Source: a virus
Lineage: Duplodnaviria > Caudoviricetes
Reading direction: 5' to 3' (one strand)
DNA length: 28,456 nucleotides
Virus record (IMG/VR): IMGVR_UViG_3300032247_001161
Coordinates: 1-28,456 of that record
Shown: one piece after another, positions 1 through 8,415 of the stretch
How positions within the stretch are numbered: position 1 is the stretch's first letter
Layout of the letters: each line of letters begins with the position of its first letter
The notes under the pieces: generated by a model
What the model was told of the DNA's origin: nothing
Seen by the model: the letters and a program-made list of their open reading frames with translations, nothing else
The model's database searches: none
Position numbers and translations under genes: made by a program

Positions 1-524
1 GCGGCCTCGGTGGCCTTGGTGGACGCAGTGGTCGCGGAGCCTGCTGCTGCATTGGCGCTGCTCATGGCTTCGCCCGCCTTGGTCGTTGCGGTCCCGGCAT
101 AGCCGCCCGCTCTCGTGGCCGATGCCTCCGCATCAGAGGCCTTGGTGGTGGCTGTTCCGGCGTGGCCGGCGGCCGAGATGGCTGAACCCGAGGCCGCTGT
201 CGCTGAAGCTGCGGCCTCGGAGGCTTTCGTTGTGGCGGTGGCGGCCGAGCCACTGGCATCGATTGCGGAGGTAGCCGCTTGCGAAGCAGACGTGCCGGCG
301 GCTTGGGCGTAACCCATGGCAATGCCGTTGGCCTCTGTCGCCAAGCTGGCAAGCCATTCAGCTTCGGTGCCTACAAAGCCGTTCTCGACGGCAACCTCAT
401 AGGCCGAGTGGCCCATTGGACCCGTCTGGCCGGGGATGATGACTTCGACAGTGGTGACGATCTCGGGGGTTTGAGGGTCGTCTAAATGGACAGTGAAGTC
501 TGTTGTTTTGGTGATGTATTCCAT
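1..524 (-). CDS. Tail fibre protein, N-terminal part (runs off the window; not in the ORF track)
   Basis: ATG at 524 overlaps the upstream TGA (TGATG). My translation is MEYITKTTDF...GQTGPMGHSAYEVAVENGFVGTEAEWLASL, followed by Ala/Ser/Thr-rich repeats with recurring ATTKAxEA. GxSAYEVAVENGFVGTEAEWLASL is a common phage fibre motif, and the repeats resemble those of lambda Stf. The frame is open to base 1. Confidence 0.8.
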   Translation of the reverse strand, partial: MEYITKTTDFTVHLDDPQTPEIVTTVEVIIPGQTGPMGHSAYEVAVENGFVGTEAEWLASLATEANGIAMGYAQAAGTSASQAATSAIDASGSAATATTKASEAAASATAASGSAISAAGHAGTATTKASDAEASATRAGGYAGTATTKAGEAMSSANAAAGSATTASTKATEA

Positions 525-883
525 CAGCTGTCCCCCGAGTACGTGACTGAGTTGACCACAGGCCCGCGCAGGGGGTAAAAGGCCAGGCCCTCAGAACGGG
601 GAGGCTCGAGGCGGAGATCCCACCAGGAGTCCTCAGGGATGGAGAGGGAGTCGGCCTCGGGGAGAGTCAGTTCGAAGTGCCATTGGGTGGACGGGTCGGT
701 GATGACGCGGTTTGTCCAGGTGAGTGTGATGTCTAAGTATTTGACTGTGCGCTCTCTGTTCCAGATCTGAGCTTCGGCGTTGTAACCAGTGAGATCAACG
801 TAATCTGTAGCTGTTCTCAGGCGGAAAAGCTTACGCAGGCCGACTCGCTGGGGGATTTCGAGTGGTGCGTAGGCGGCGTCCAT
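524..883 (-). CDS. Small baseplate/fibre adaptor protein (BppU N-terminal-like)
   Basis: 119 aa with a VDLTGYNAEAQIW...WWDLRL...LRG pattern typical of these adaptors; lies directly upstream of the fibre gene. Confidence 0.6.
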   Translation of the reverse strand: MDAAYAPLEIPQRVGLRKLFRLRTATDYVDLTGYNAEAQIWNRERTVKYLDITLTWTNRVITDPSTQWHFELTLPEADSLSIPEDSWWDLRLEPPRSEGLAFYPLRGPVVNSVTYSGDS

Positions 884-929
884 TCCGATGGTGGTCGATT
901 GGCCAGTCTAGGGCTGGCGGTTTGGGGAG

Positions 930-1778
930 TCAGCTGATCTCGGTGCGGAGTCGGGCGGGGCTGTTGATCACGAAGTTGGCGGAGCCTCGGAGGAGGTCGT
1001 CGGGCGCGACAGCCAGGGAAGATTCAGTCAAAAGAATGGTGGCGCTGTAGTACAGGCCGCCGTTGAAAAATGTGCGAGTATCGCCACTGCAAGGCTTCAG
1101 TTTAGAGCTGCGCTTCATGATGAACTTGGCTTCGGCTTTGGAACCTCGGGAGAGCATCATCACCAGGCGCAGCAGCTGGTCGGAGCTGAAGCTTGAACCG
1201 CCGGTGTAGCTGCGCAGCATGAAGTCGATGGAGCCGTTGCCGGAGGTGACGACCTTCTCCGAGGACGAGTAGTTGTCACCGACGGCGCCGGCCTCGACGG
1301 TGGGGCTGGAGATGTTGAGGGTCCACTTGATGATGTCTGCTGGGATGACCCAGTTCTGGGGGGTGGCAGCTGCGCTGTAGGCGGTCGCCACCGACGGGTA
1401 GGCCCGGATCGGCGTCTCGTAGGAGACGGTGGTGGACAGCAGCGGACTGAGAGCTGTGAGTTGGCCCGCCGTGGCGCGGGAGCAGATGACCATGGGGCCG
1501 ACCGTCAGGCCGGAGAGGCTGAGGCGGGTGGAAGATGCGTTGTTGAGGGCGCCCTCGGGGGTGCTGTGCAGGTAGAGGCGATCGAGGGGGTCGCGGTAGA
1601 GGTAGGCGTCGAGGGAGCCCCCGCCGTGGACGATGGTGATCGCGTCGCAGGGCCACCAGTCCTGGGTGTTGACCGTGATGTAGGAGCTGGCCTTGTTCAG
1701 TGCCGCGGCCGGCAGGAGCAGGGGTTCAGGGGCTTCGCGGCGGAACTCGAGCCCACCTTCACGACCAAGGAGATTCAT
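930..1778 (-). CDS. Minor tail/virion structural protein with a tail-tube-like C-terminal half
   Basis: 282 aa. WTLNISSPTVEAGAVGD...GNGSIDF resembles tail-tube-fold strands. Located in the distal tail cluster. Confidence 0.5.
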   Translation of the reverse strand: MNLLGREGGLEFRREAPEPLLLPAAALNKASSYITVNTQDWWPCDAITIVHGGGSLDAYLYRDPLDRLYLHSTPEGALNNASSTRLSLSGLTVGPMVICSRATAGQLTALSPLLSTTVSYETPIRAYPSVATAYSAAATPQNWVIPADIIKWTLNISSPTVEAGAVGDNYSSSEKVVTSGNGSIDFMLRSYTGGSSFSSDQLLRLVMMLSRGSKAEAKFIMKRSSKLKPCSGDTRTFFNGGLYYSATILLTESSLAVAPDDLLRGSANFVINSPARLRTEIS

Positions 1779-1790
1779 CGTGTGGGTGGA

Positions 1791-2210
1791 TTAAGGGTTA
1801 TTGATGGTCAGAACTGATGCGGCCACCGAGAACGTGCCTCCACCGGAGGTTTTGTCCGTGGTGAAGTCGTTGTAGCCGATGAGTTCGTCGGCGGAACTAG
1901 CCCCTCCGCGGGATTTGTAGTAAACAGCGCCTCGGGCAGTGATGGTGCTGGTGGGCCAAGAAGCGGCTGAGAACGTGAGGGTTACTGCATGCGTTGTAGT
2001 ATTTTTGGCTACAGTGCATGTTACAGCAGCGCCTCCAGTTGTGTAACCAGTTCCGCTCGATTCATTTGTTATATCAGATCGCTTGACGTGAGTTCCTTTG
2101 TTAGGAACGTAGGTACTCGTAACGAGCAGAACCTTGAAGGTGTCGTTATCCGAGTCGATGGCTCCTGTGACAAGATCGAACAGGGCGCTGTCGTAAATGA
2201 GGCTGGCCAT
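1791..2210 (-). CDS. Phage virion structural (minor tail) protein
   Basis: 139 aa; IDSDNDTFKVLLVTSTYVP...NESSGTGYTTGG...TITARGAVYYK is a widespread small beta-rich phage tail family. Confidence 0.6.
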   Translation of the reverse strand: MASLIYDSALFDLVTGAIDSDNDTFKVLLVTSTYVPNKGTHVKRSDITNESSGTGYTTGGAAVTCTVAKNTTTHAVTLTFSAASWPTSTITARGAVYYKSRGGASSADELIGYNDFTTDKTSGGGTFSVAASVLTINNP

Positions 2211-2259
2211 TGAGCGACGTGCTTATGCACCAGACTAGCGCTCGGAATCGGTTGGGTTA

Positions 2260-2700
2260 TCAGGTAGGACGACTGAAAATGCCTGTTGGCTTACCTGTAA
2301 CTTGCATCGAGACTTGGACTGCAATAAGGTCGCCGAAGGCGATGCCAGGTGAGACGCTGGTGATTAGGCAGCTGCATTCCAGGGCTAGGGCCTTGGCGGC
2401 TAGGTGGTTCGCCGGGACTACACCGCTGTAGAGGCGGTCGAACACAACGGTGACCCCCGAGGGCGATGGCTTGTCCTCGAGGATCGTGTTGAAGAGGGTG
2501 ACGGCGGTGGCGTCCTCGGGGTCGAACAGGATGGTGGCCGAGATGGTGCTGGTACGGAGGCCGTTGGTGAAGGTGTTGTCCCAGGAGTCGAGGGTGGTGG
2601 TCTCGAGGGCGGCCCGGTTGATCTGGGGCTGGATGTTGCGAACTTTGCCGATGCGGGTGCCGTTCAAGCGGAGCTCGGCGGTGGCGCTGGAGAGGATCAT
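2260..2700 (-). CDS. Tail-tube-like minor tail protein
   Basis: 146 aa; ALETTTLDSWDNTFTNGLRTSTISATILFD and C-terminal IAVQVSMQVTG match the tail tube (lambda gpV-like) signature. Confidence 0.6.
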   Translation of the reverse strand: MILSSATAELRLNGTRIGKVRNIQPQINRAALETTTLDSWDNTFTNGLRTSTISATILFDPEDATAVTLFNTILEDKPSPSGVTVVFDRLYSGVVPANHLAAKALALECSCLITSVSPGIAFGDLIAVQVSMQVTGKPTGIFSRPT

Positions 2701-2703
2701 GGG

Positions 2704-5223
2704 TCAGCCGTTGGGGAAGGCAGCGGTGGGCGGGGTGAAGTTGCTGGTGTAGCGAGCAACGCCTTTAGTGACGCGCAGTTCATCGATGTAGCCGTTCAAG
2801 TAGTAGGAGGCGCTGTCAGCCACTCGCCCGACTGTGCAACGATTTACGCTAAGATTTGCGACATAGTCGAAACGCGTAGCGTCCCGCATTCCATCGATGT
2901 AGAAGCTCCAAGTGTATCCAGAGCGGACTAGGGCAATGTGTGACCATTGATTTAATGGCACAGCCGTAACGGTTGTGCCTCTGAAGCCTGCACCAGAGTA
3001 AACAGTTAGCTTTCTGTTAGGATCTAAGATCAAGACGAAGGCATTGAAGCGAGAGCCGTTCCCGCTATTCAGTGTGTCAGAGTCGTAGATCGCAGCACCA
3101 GGAGATGCCGGCGCCGCGCTTAGGTAGATCCAAGTTTCAAACGTAAAGTCGCCAAGCTCAAAGGCAAAGGCAGCGTTCGGAGATGCAGTCAGATAATCCC
3201 CGTTGCCGTCAAACAACGCAGATGACAAGCCCCACTTGGTCTGCGCCGTGCTGATCTGGGCGTTGCCGGATGCCGTGACGATGTTGGCGATGCTGCTGTC
3301 ATCAAAGAATGTAGTGCTGCCGTTATTGCCACCCATGTGGAGCAGCAGGACCACGTTGGAGAAGTAGGGATCCGTTTCGCCTACATTAGGGAAGGCAGCG
3401 GTGGGTGGGGTAAAGGGAGCGGTATATCTGAGCATCTTTGTCACCCGAACATCGTCAATGTAGCCTTGGAAGAACTCACTTGGGAGGTTCCAGTTCATGG
3501 CTCCGACTAAAACATTGGCTGGGCCGTCGGTAAGAACGATACCTGAGTTTATACCGACTAAAGCACCGTTGAACCAAATTCTTATTCCTGTTGTTGGGTC
3601 GTTGGTGAACGCTACATGGTGCCAGGTATTGGCTATGATGTCTACGGTCGAGCTAATGCACGATGAGTTGGTGCCATTTGTGTAGACTGCAATGGAGCTC
3701 TTATTGAGTCTGATGCACCAGGAAAAGTTCTGGCCGTAGGTTGACTTACTGATAATAGTGCGGAAACCTGTGTCGTAAGTTGTTGGGTAGAACCACATCT
3801 CGATGGTGCAAGCTGTATTGAGCTGTGCCCACGGGCCGTCTTCGATCCTAACGTAGTCACCGTTGCCGTCAAATGCTCCAGAAGCACCGCCCCACTTAGA
3901 TTGTGCTGTGCTGATCTTTGCGTCACCGTAGGCTGTAGAAGTTTGGTACAAACTACTGCTGTCCTTAAATGTGGTGCTGTTGTTCGCGCCATCCATGCGA
4001 AGAAGTAGTTGGACGCTGTAAAAGTACGGATCCAAGGTGGCGTCATTTGCTGCAGTGCCACCAGCAAAGGCTGTTGTTACATTCCATGCGGCACCGTTTG
4101 CGGCTGTAACTTGCTCGATGGTCACGGTGCCGCCGATCAGAGAAGCTGTGGCGTTCCAGGCGGCACCGTCGAGGCGAGTTTCGCCGTTGTCGGCTGCGCC
4201 GCCTGTGAAGCTGACGGTGGCGAGCCACGATGCTCCGATGTCGGCGACCCCGCCAGCGAAAGAGGCGGTGACGGCCCAGGCGGCGTCGGCCGCACTCGGG
4301 GATGAGACTGAGGCTGCTCCGACTGCTAGGACAGCGGTGACGTTCCAGTTGACACCCGGCACAAACGCACTGGGAATCGCCGCTGTTGCTTCTTGTAGCT
4401 CAGGAGCTCCGATCAGGCGGACTTGAACAGTGCAGATGCCTGGTGCGACGGATTCGACGGCGGGTGGCTCCTGCCAGCGCCACATGATTCCAGTGGTATT
4501 GCGTTGGGCCAGTAGACCACTAAGTACGCTGTCCCCTGGGTATTTTAGATTTTTAGCGCCGCTGAACGTATTCCAGTTTATGTTGTCACCTGAGTATTGC
4601 AGGGTAAAACGTTTGAGGTACGACTCTGCGGTGAATCCAGCCAGCTTGACGCCATTGACTTGTTTAGAGGTTCCTAGATCGTAGCTGATCCACAGATCGC
4701 TCGCTGTGTTCTCAGCTGTGCTGAACATTGTGTAAGCTTGAAGGTTATCGTCCCAGAGATTCTGCAGTGGCTGGTAGAAGACGGCTTTATTAGTGTTGCC
4801 TGAAATAGGTGCTTGCTTTGTATCGTTAAAGCAGAATTGAAGCTCTTGTAGAGCGAACCAAGCGTTTTCAATCGGAGTAGGTGTGACTACGCTGGAGATG
4901 CGCCAATAGCGAGCTGAAGGAAACGGCGCTAGTTGTTTGTAAATACGGGCCTCTAGGTCTGTGTCATCAATGCCGGCTGCGACCTCGGGGGGTAGTAGCA
5001 GTGGGTGATAGCCCGAGCGGCTCGAGCGGTAGCAGCTCAGTAAGGATGCTCCTTGGTCGTCCCGGATATTGCGATATGTCAGTGAGAGCTGGGCACCGAA
5101 AGGCTTGGAGCCCAGTAGACGGGGGTAGTAAGAGCCGTCACGAGATCGGCCGTCTAAGAGTGGGTACTCACCGATGTCTAGGGATCGGCTGCTGGGTTTG
5201 AGTGTAGGGAAAGGTACGGTCAT
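2704..5223 (-). CDS. Distal tail / receptor-binding protein: Dit-like domain with inserted discoidin (F5/8C), Trp-Gly repeats and two LamG (ConA-like) domains
   Basis: Probable start ATG at 5223 (MTVPFPTLKPSSRS; 839 aa). The N-terminus is paralogous to the 5234-6154 product. Two DPYF..V.LLL.M.G.N.STTF.D.S...WHHVA/WSHIA...GYIDD/ELRVTK units at ~3376-4032 and ~2707-3372 are LamG-type. Confidence 0.8.
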   Translation of the reverse strand: MTVPFPTLKPSSRSLDIGEYPLLDGRSRDGSYYPRLLGSKPFGAQLSLTYRNIRDDQGASLLSCYRSSRSGYHPLLLPPEVAAGIDDTDLEARIYKQLAPFPSARYWRISSVVTPTPIENAWFALQELQFCFNDTKQAPISGNTNKAVFYQPLQNLWDDNLQAYTMFSTAENTASDLWISYDLGTSKQVNGVKLAGFTAESYLKRFTLQYSGDNINWNTFSGAKNLKYPGDSVLSGLLAQRNTTGIMWRWQEPPAVESVAPGICTVQVRLIGAPELQEATAAIPSAFVPGVNWNVTAVLAVGAASVSSPSAADAAWAVTASFAGGVADIGASWLATVSFTGGAADNGETRLDGAAWNATASLIGGTVTIEQVTAANGAAWNVTTAFAGGTAANDATLDPYFYSVQLLLRMDGANNSTTFKDSSSLYQTSTAYGDAKISTAQSKWGGASGAFDGNGDYVRIEDGPWAQLNTACTIEMWFYPTTYDTGFRTIISKSTYGQNFSWCIRLNKSSIAVYTNGTNSSCISSTVDIIANTWHHVAFTNDPTTGIRIWFNGALVGINSGIVLTDGPANVLVGAMNWNLPSEFFQGYIDDVRVTKMLRYTAPFTPPTAAFPNVGETDPYFSNVVLLLHMGGNNGSTTFFDDSSIANIVTASGNAQISTAQTKWGLSSALFDGNGDYLTASPNAAFAFELGDFTFETWIYLSAAPASPGAAIYDSDTLNSGNGSRFNAFVLILDPNRKLTVYSGAGFRGTTVTAVPLNQWSHIALVRSGYTWSFYIDGMRDATRFDYVANLSVNRCTVGRVADSASYYLNGYIDELRVTKGVARYTSNFTPPTAAFPNG
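2707..4032 (-). repeat. Tandem duplicated LamG-like domains (diverged direct repeat)
   Basis: Shared protein blocks ISTAQ(S/T)KWG, FDGNGDY and FTPPTAAFPN occur twice, about 660 nt apart. Confidence 0.8.
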
Positions 5224-5233
5224 TAAAGTGCGC

Positions 5234-6154
5234 TCAACCAATCCGAATGAGTGGGCTCAATGTGTTGAGTCCTGGGTACTGTAGGTTCATGGCTGCGCCC
5301 ATGGTGATCCAGTTGACATTGTCTACTGAGTGTTGAAGTGTAAAGCCTTTGGGATAAGATTCTGCGGTGTTGGCACCTAGCTTGACGCCATTGACTTGTT
5401 GTGGGTAGCCAAGGTCATAGCTGATCCATAAATCGTTTGCGAGGTTATCAGCTTTGCTGAAGTACACGGGTGAGTCTAGGTTGTCATCCCAGAGATTGTT
5501 TATAGGTTGCTGGTAGACGGGTTTGTTGGTGTTGACTCCGACAGACGGTCTTTTTACACCATTAACGCAGAATTGAAGCTCCGTTAATATCAGCCAAGGT
5601 TCACCAGTTGGGTTGATGACGTTGGCGATTCGCCAGTAGCGGCGGTAGGGGGAGTATCCGGCTACGACGTAGCAGGGGTAGCCGTTGACGATTCCTGCTC
5701 CGGTGCCAGGAGAGGTGGAGCCGAAGGAGAGGTCAGGGGCAGTGAAGGTGGGGACGATGCGGCCTTGGAAGGCGGCGGTGACGGAGGATCGGCCAGGGAC
5801 GATGGATTCCAGGGAGGGCCGGCCCAGGAAGTACCAGGCGAGTGATGAGCCCTCATTTCGGATGAGGGTGGCCATGTTGGTGTCGCTGCCGGCGGTGATG
5901 GAACTTGGGAGGGTCACCGGTTTGCGGCTGCCGTAGGCGCTGTCGTAGGCCGCGAGGATGCTTTCGGCGGTGGCATCGGAGATGTTGCTGAACTTGAGGC
6001 GCAGCTCGGGCTCGGTGGCCTTGGCGGACAGGAGGCGGCGGACGGTGGGGCCGGCCATCGTCCGGGCTGTGCTCATTGGGTGCTGCCCGTCGATGAAGCT
6101 GCGGGAGCTGGGGACCAGTGAGGGGAAGGTGATGGTGTCCGACACGGGCGTCAT
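5234..6154 (-). CDS. Distal tail (Dit/gpM-like) protein with C-terminal discoidin (F5/8C-like) domain
   Basis: 306 aa. N-terminus FPSLVPSSRSF...LRLKFSNISD; C-terminus NLWDDN...WISYDLG..QVNGVKL...YPKGFTLQHSVDNVNW. Confidence 0.7.
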   Translation of the reverse strand: MTPVSDTITFPSLVPSSRSFIDGQHPMSTARTMAGPTVRRLLSAKATEPELRLKFSNISDATAESILAAYDSAYGSRKPVTLPSSITAGSDTNMATLIRNEGSSLAWYFLGRPSLESIVPGRSSVTAAFQGRIVPTFTAPDLSFGSTSPGTGAGIVNGYPCYVVAGYSPYRRYWRIANVINPTGEPWLILTELQFCVNGVKRPSVGVNTNKPVYQQPINNLWDDNLDSPVYFSKADNLANDLWISYDLGYPQQVNGVKLGANTAESYPKGFTLQHSVDNVNWITMGAAMNLQYPGLNTLSPLIRIG

Positions 6155-6208
6155 CTGCTTTCAGAGCCTGTGCGGGGAGCACCAGCGTATCGCCAGAATC
6201 GCAAACGA

Positions 6209-8374
6209 TTAGCCATACTGAATCACCCAGTAGTTGTCTGAGATGTAGCGTTTCTCGGTTTGGCTGAAAGTGGGGAAGTTTTTGCCGATGAGGGAGACAC
6301 CAAAGTCGTCAACAGGGTGGTGAACGGCTTCAATATCAATGATTCCTTCTTGGTTGATTGCAATGGATTCGATCTTGTAGGTGCGAACCTGTTTGTCGAC
6401 CCGTTTGATCACGAAGAGGTTGCCGGTTGGGCTGGCGGTGCCGTCAGCGGAGACCACGACAACACCGTCATAGACGGGCTCGGTGGAGCCGGCCCATAGG
6501 GCTGCTGGGTAGGAGCCGGGCGTGAGGCTGTCGGGCTGGGTGGTGATCAAGGTGCCGTCAGCCAAGATTGCGCCGTTGTTGAACTCGTCGTAGAAGGTGT
6601 GATCCATGGCGACTTTAATGAAGTCCCCGGTGCCCAGACTGCTAGTCAGGCTGTCAGGTGTGGTGGCGAAACGGATCGAGTGGGTGATCAGCCGCCGGGT
6701 GCGAATCACGTAGCAGGCGAAATCGATGGCGTGCTCGACGTTGGTGCAGTAGGCCGAGACATCGAAGCTCTCGATGGGGTCGGAGTAGGGGACGCGATCG
6801 CGCTCGGTGACCAGGACTTCGCGCTCGGTGGGGAAAAAGCCTGAGCTGGTGTAGTCGGAGCGGGAGCGCTCCTCGCGCCACTTGACACTGGCCTGGATCG
6901 GCAGGCGATCTTCCTGGTTGAGGAACTCCAGGGAGAAGCTGTTTTCGACGGTGTTGCCGGTGGTGAACAGGGCCTTGATCGGGACGGGGCCGACCTCGGG
7001 GAAGTAGATGGCTGGGGTGAAGGCCCACTTGCCACCTTTTTGGCAGAGCTCGAGGAGCATGGTGCCGGCGATGTCGGCGGCGAACTGGCGGAGGTTGACT
7101 TTCTTGGTGACAGCCACGTCATAGAAGTAGCGGCGGTTCTGACACCATTGAGCTGCGGCGGAGAAGCTGACAGAGTCGATCTGAGCCTCGCTATAAGCGC
7201 TGCCGGCTCCGTACACCGTGGAGAGCATCATGTCGCGCAGAACCCATGGGAATAGGCTGGTTACAGCTTCGTTGCCACCGACGCATGTCATGTGCCCTTG
7301 TGTGACGTAGGCACTAAATTGATCGAGTTGGCTGATGTCGGTGCCGGCTTGGATGTTGAGGCCGACGGTGGCGATGTTGTCGTAATAGGGGGTGGTGTCG
7401 TTCTCGGAGACGATGTTGATGTAGGCGATTTCGTGTTCTGGTCCGCCTGCGACAGTGGTCTGTATCTCGTTGTAAGCGAAGGTCTCGGCGGCACGCGCCC
7501 AGTCATCCAGCATGGCTTCGTTGTCTGTCCACCCGATGCTGGGGCGACTTGAAGGTTCCATAGAGGACAGACGGAAGACATTCTCGCTGCGGCTGACAAC
7601 AGTGCCGACCCAGAAGACTCCGATGTTGGAGCCTGCGAGGGTGATGGATTCCCTTGTGGTCACATGGGCATCCAGGATGACCAAGGGGGGTTTGACTCCG
7701 CCGTTGGCGGTGTTATTGCGGATCTCCCACCCCGAGAGCGGCTCAATCATGATCTCCCAGCGGCGCGATTCTGGGAACTCGAAGCGAATGGCGTTGTATA
7801 CAGTGGCGTTGGTCTGGCTGCGAACTGCGAAAGTGCAATCGATGTCATCCCAGTCTGGTATGCTGCTGTTCTCCGCTCGGCGGTAGATTCGGAAGAAGCT
7901 GTAGCGGGTTTCTACACGCGAAACGGAGCCGGCCTGGTATGTGGATGTGCCTAGCTTTGCGTCTTTTGAGAACTTCTTTTCGTCAAAACGCATCCCTGCG
8001 TCATCGTTGATCTCTCGCAGGTCGGGGACGTCACGGAAGTTGCAGAGGCCGTTGACTTGAATGCCGACGGTGGACCGGAAACCGATCTCAAAGACTTTGG
8101 CGGCGCGGGTTAGGACTACCGTGGCGATGGCACAGCGGAAGATCTGAGGGAAACTTGTCGCTGTCTCGAAGGTCTGAGGAGGCTTGAGATCTGCGAAGTC
8201 GACGCCTCTGTTCCATTGCGGCGGATGAATATCTTTGTTTGTCCAGCTGGGTCTGAAGTTGCCGGGGGGTATGGTGCGGATCTCACCGGCTCGCACCACC
8301 CTGAACTGATAGGTCTTACCGTTCCCGCCTTTTATCGGTTCGTTGTCGATTTCACTGATGAAGATTTCAGCCAT
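6209..8374 (-). CDS. Tail tip/host-specificity protein (lambda J-like), C-terminal part
   Basis: 721 aa. VLRDMMLSTVYGAG...IDSVSFSAAAQWC...YFYD...NLRQFAADIA...LFTTGN matches the J/tip-attachment central domain pattern. It has its own GAGGA ribosome-binding site 6 nt before the ATG. Confidence 0.75.
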   Translation of the reverse strand: MAEIFISEIDNEPIKGGNGKTYQFRVVRAGEIRTIPPGNFRPSWTNKDIHPPQWNRGVDFADLKPPQTFETATSFPQIFRCAIATVVLTRAAKVFEIGFRSTVGIQVNGLCNFRDVPDLREINDDAGMRFDEKKFSKDAKLGTSTYQAGSVSRVETRYSFFRIYRRAENSSIPDWDDIDCTFAVRSQTNATVYNAIRFEFPESRRWEIMIEPLSGWEIRNNTANGGVKPPLVILDAHVTTRESITLAGSNIGVFWVGTVVSRSENVFRLSSMEPSSRPSIGWTDNEAMLDDWARAAETFAYNEIQTTVAGGPEHEIAYINIVSENDTTPYYDNIATVGLNIQAGTDISQLDQFSAYVTQGHMTCVGGNEAVTSLFPWVLRDMMLSTVYGAGSAYSEAQIDSVSFSAAAQWCQNRRYFYDVAVTKKVNLRQFAADIAGTMLLELCQKGGKWAFTPAIYFPEVGPVPIKALFTTGNTVENSFSLEFLNQEDRLPIQASVKWREERSRSDYTSSGFFPTEREVLVTERDRVPYSDPIESFDVSAYCTNVEHAIDFACYVIRTRRLITHSIRFATTPDSLTSSLGTGDFIKVAMDHTFYDEFNNGAILADGTLITTQPDSLTPGSYPAALWAGSTEPVYDGVVVVSADGTASPTGNLFVIKRVDKQVRTYKIESIAINQEGIIDIEAVHHPVDDFGVSLIGKNFPTFSQTEKRYISDNYWVIQYG

Positions 8375-8415
8375 GATGATTCCTCAGTTAAGGTTGAGAC
8401 TAAGCGAAGAAAGTG

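Noticed and set aside
1-320. Repetitive GC-rich DNA as a CRISPR array or non-coding repeat
   Set aside because: It is explained by the Ala/Thr/Ser-rich coding repeats of the tail fibre, with no constant repeat-spacer structure.
2707-5650. Duplicated LamG/discoidin segments as DGR template/variable repeats or an invertible cassette
   Set aside because: The copies are diverged at all base types, not only adenines, and both are coding. No reverse transcriptase, invertase or inverted repeats are visible in the window.
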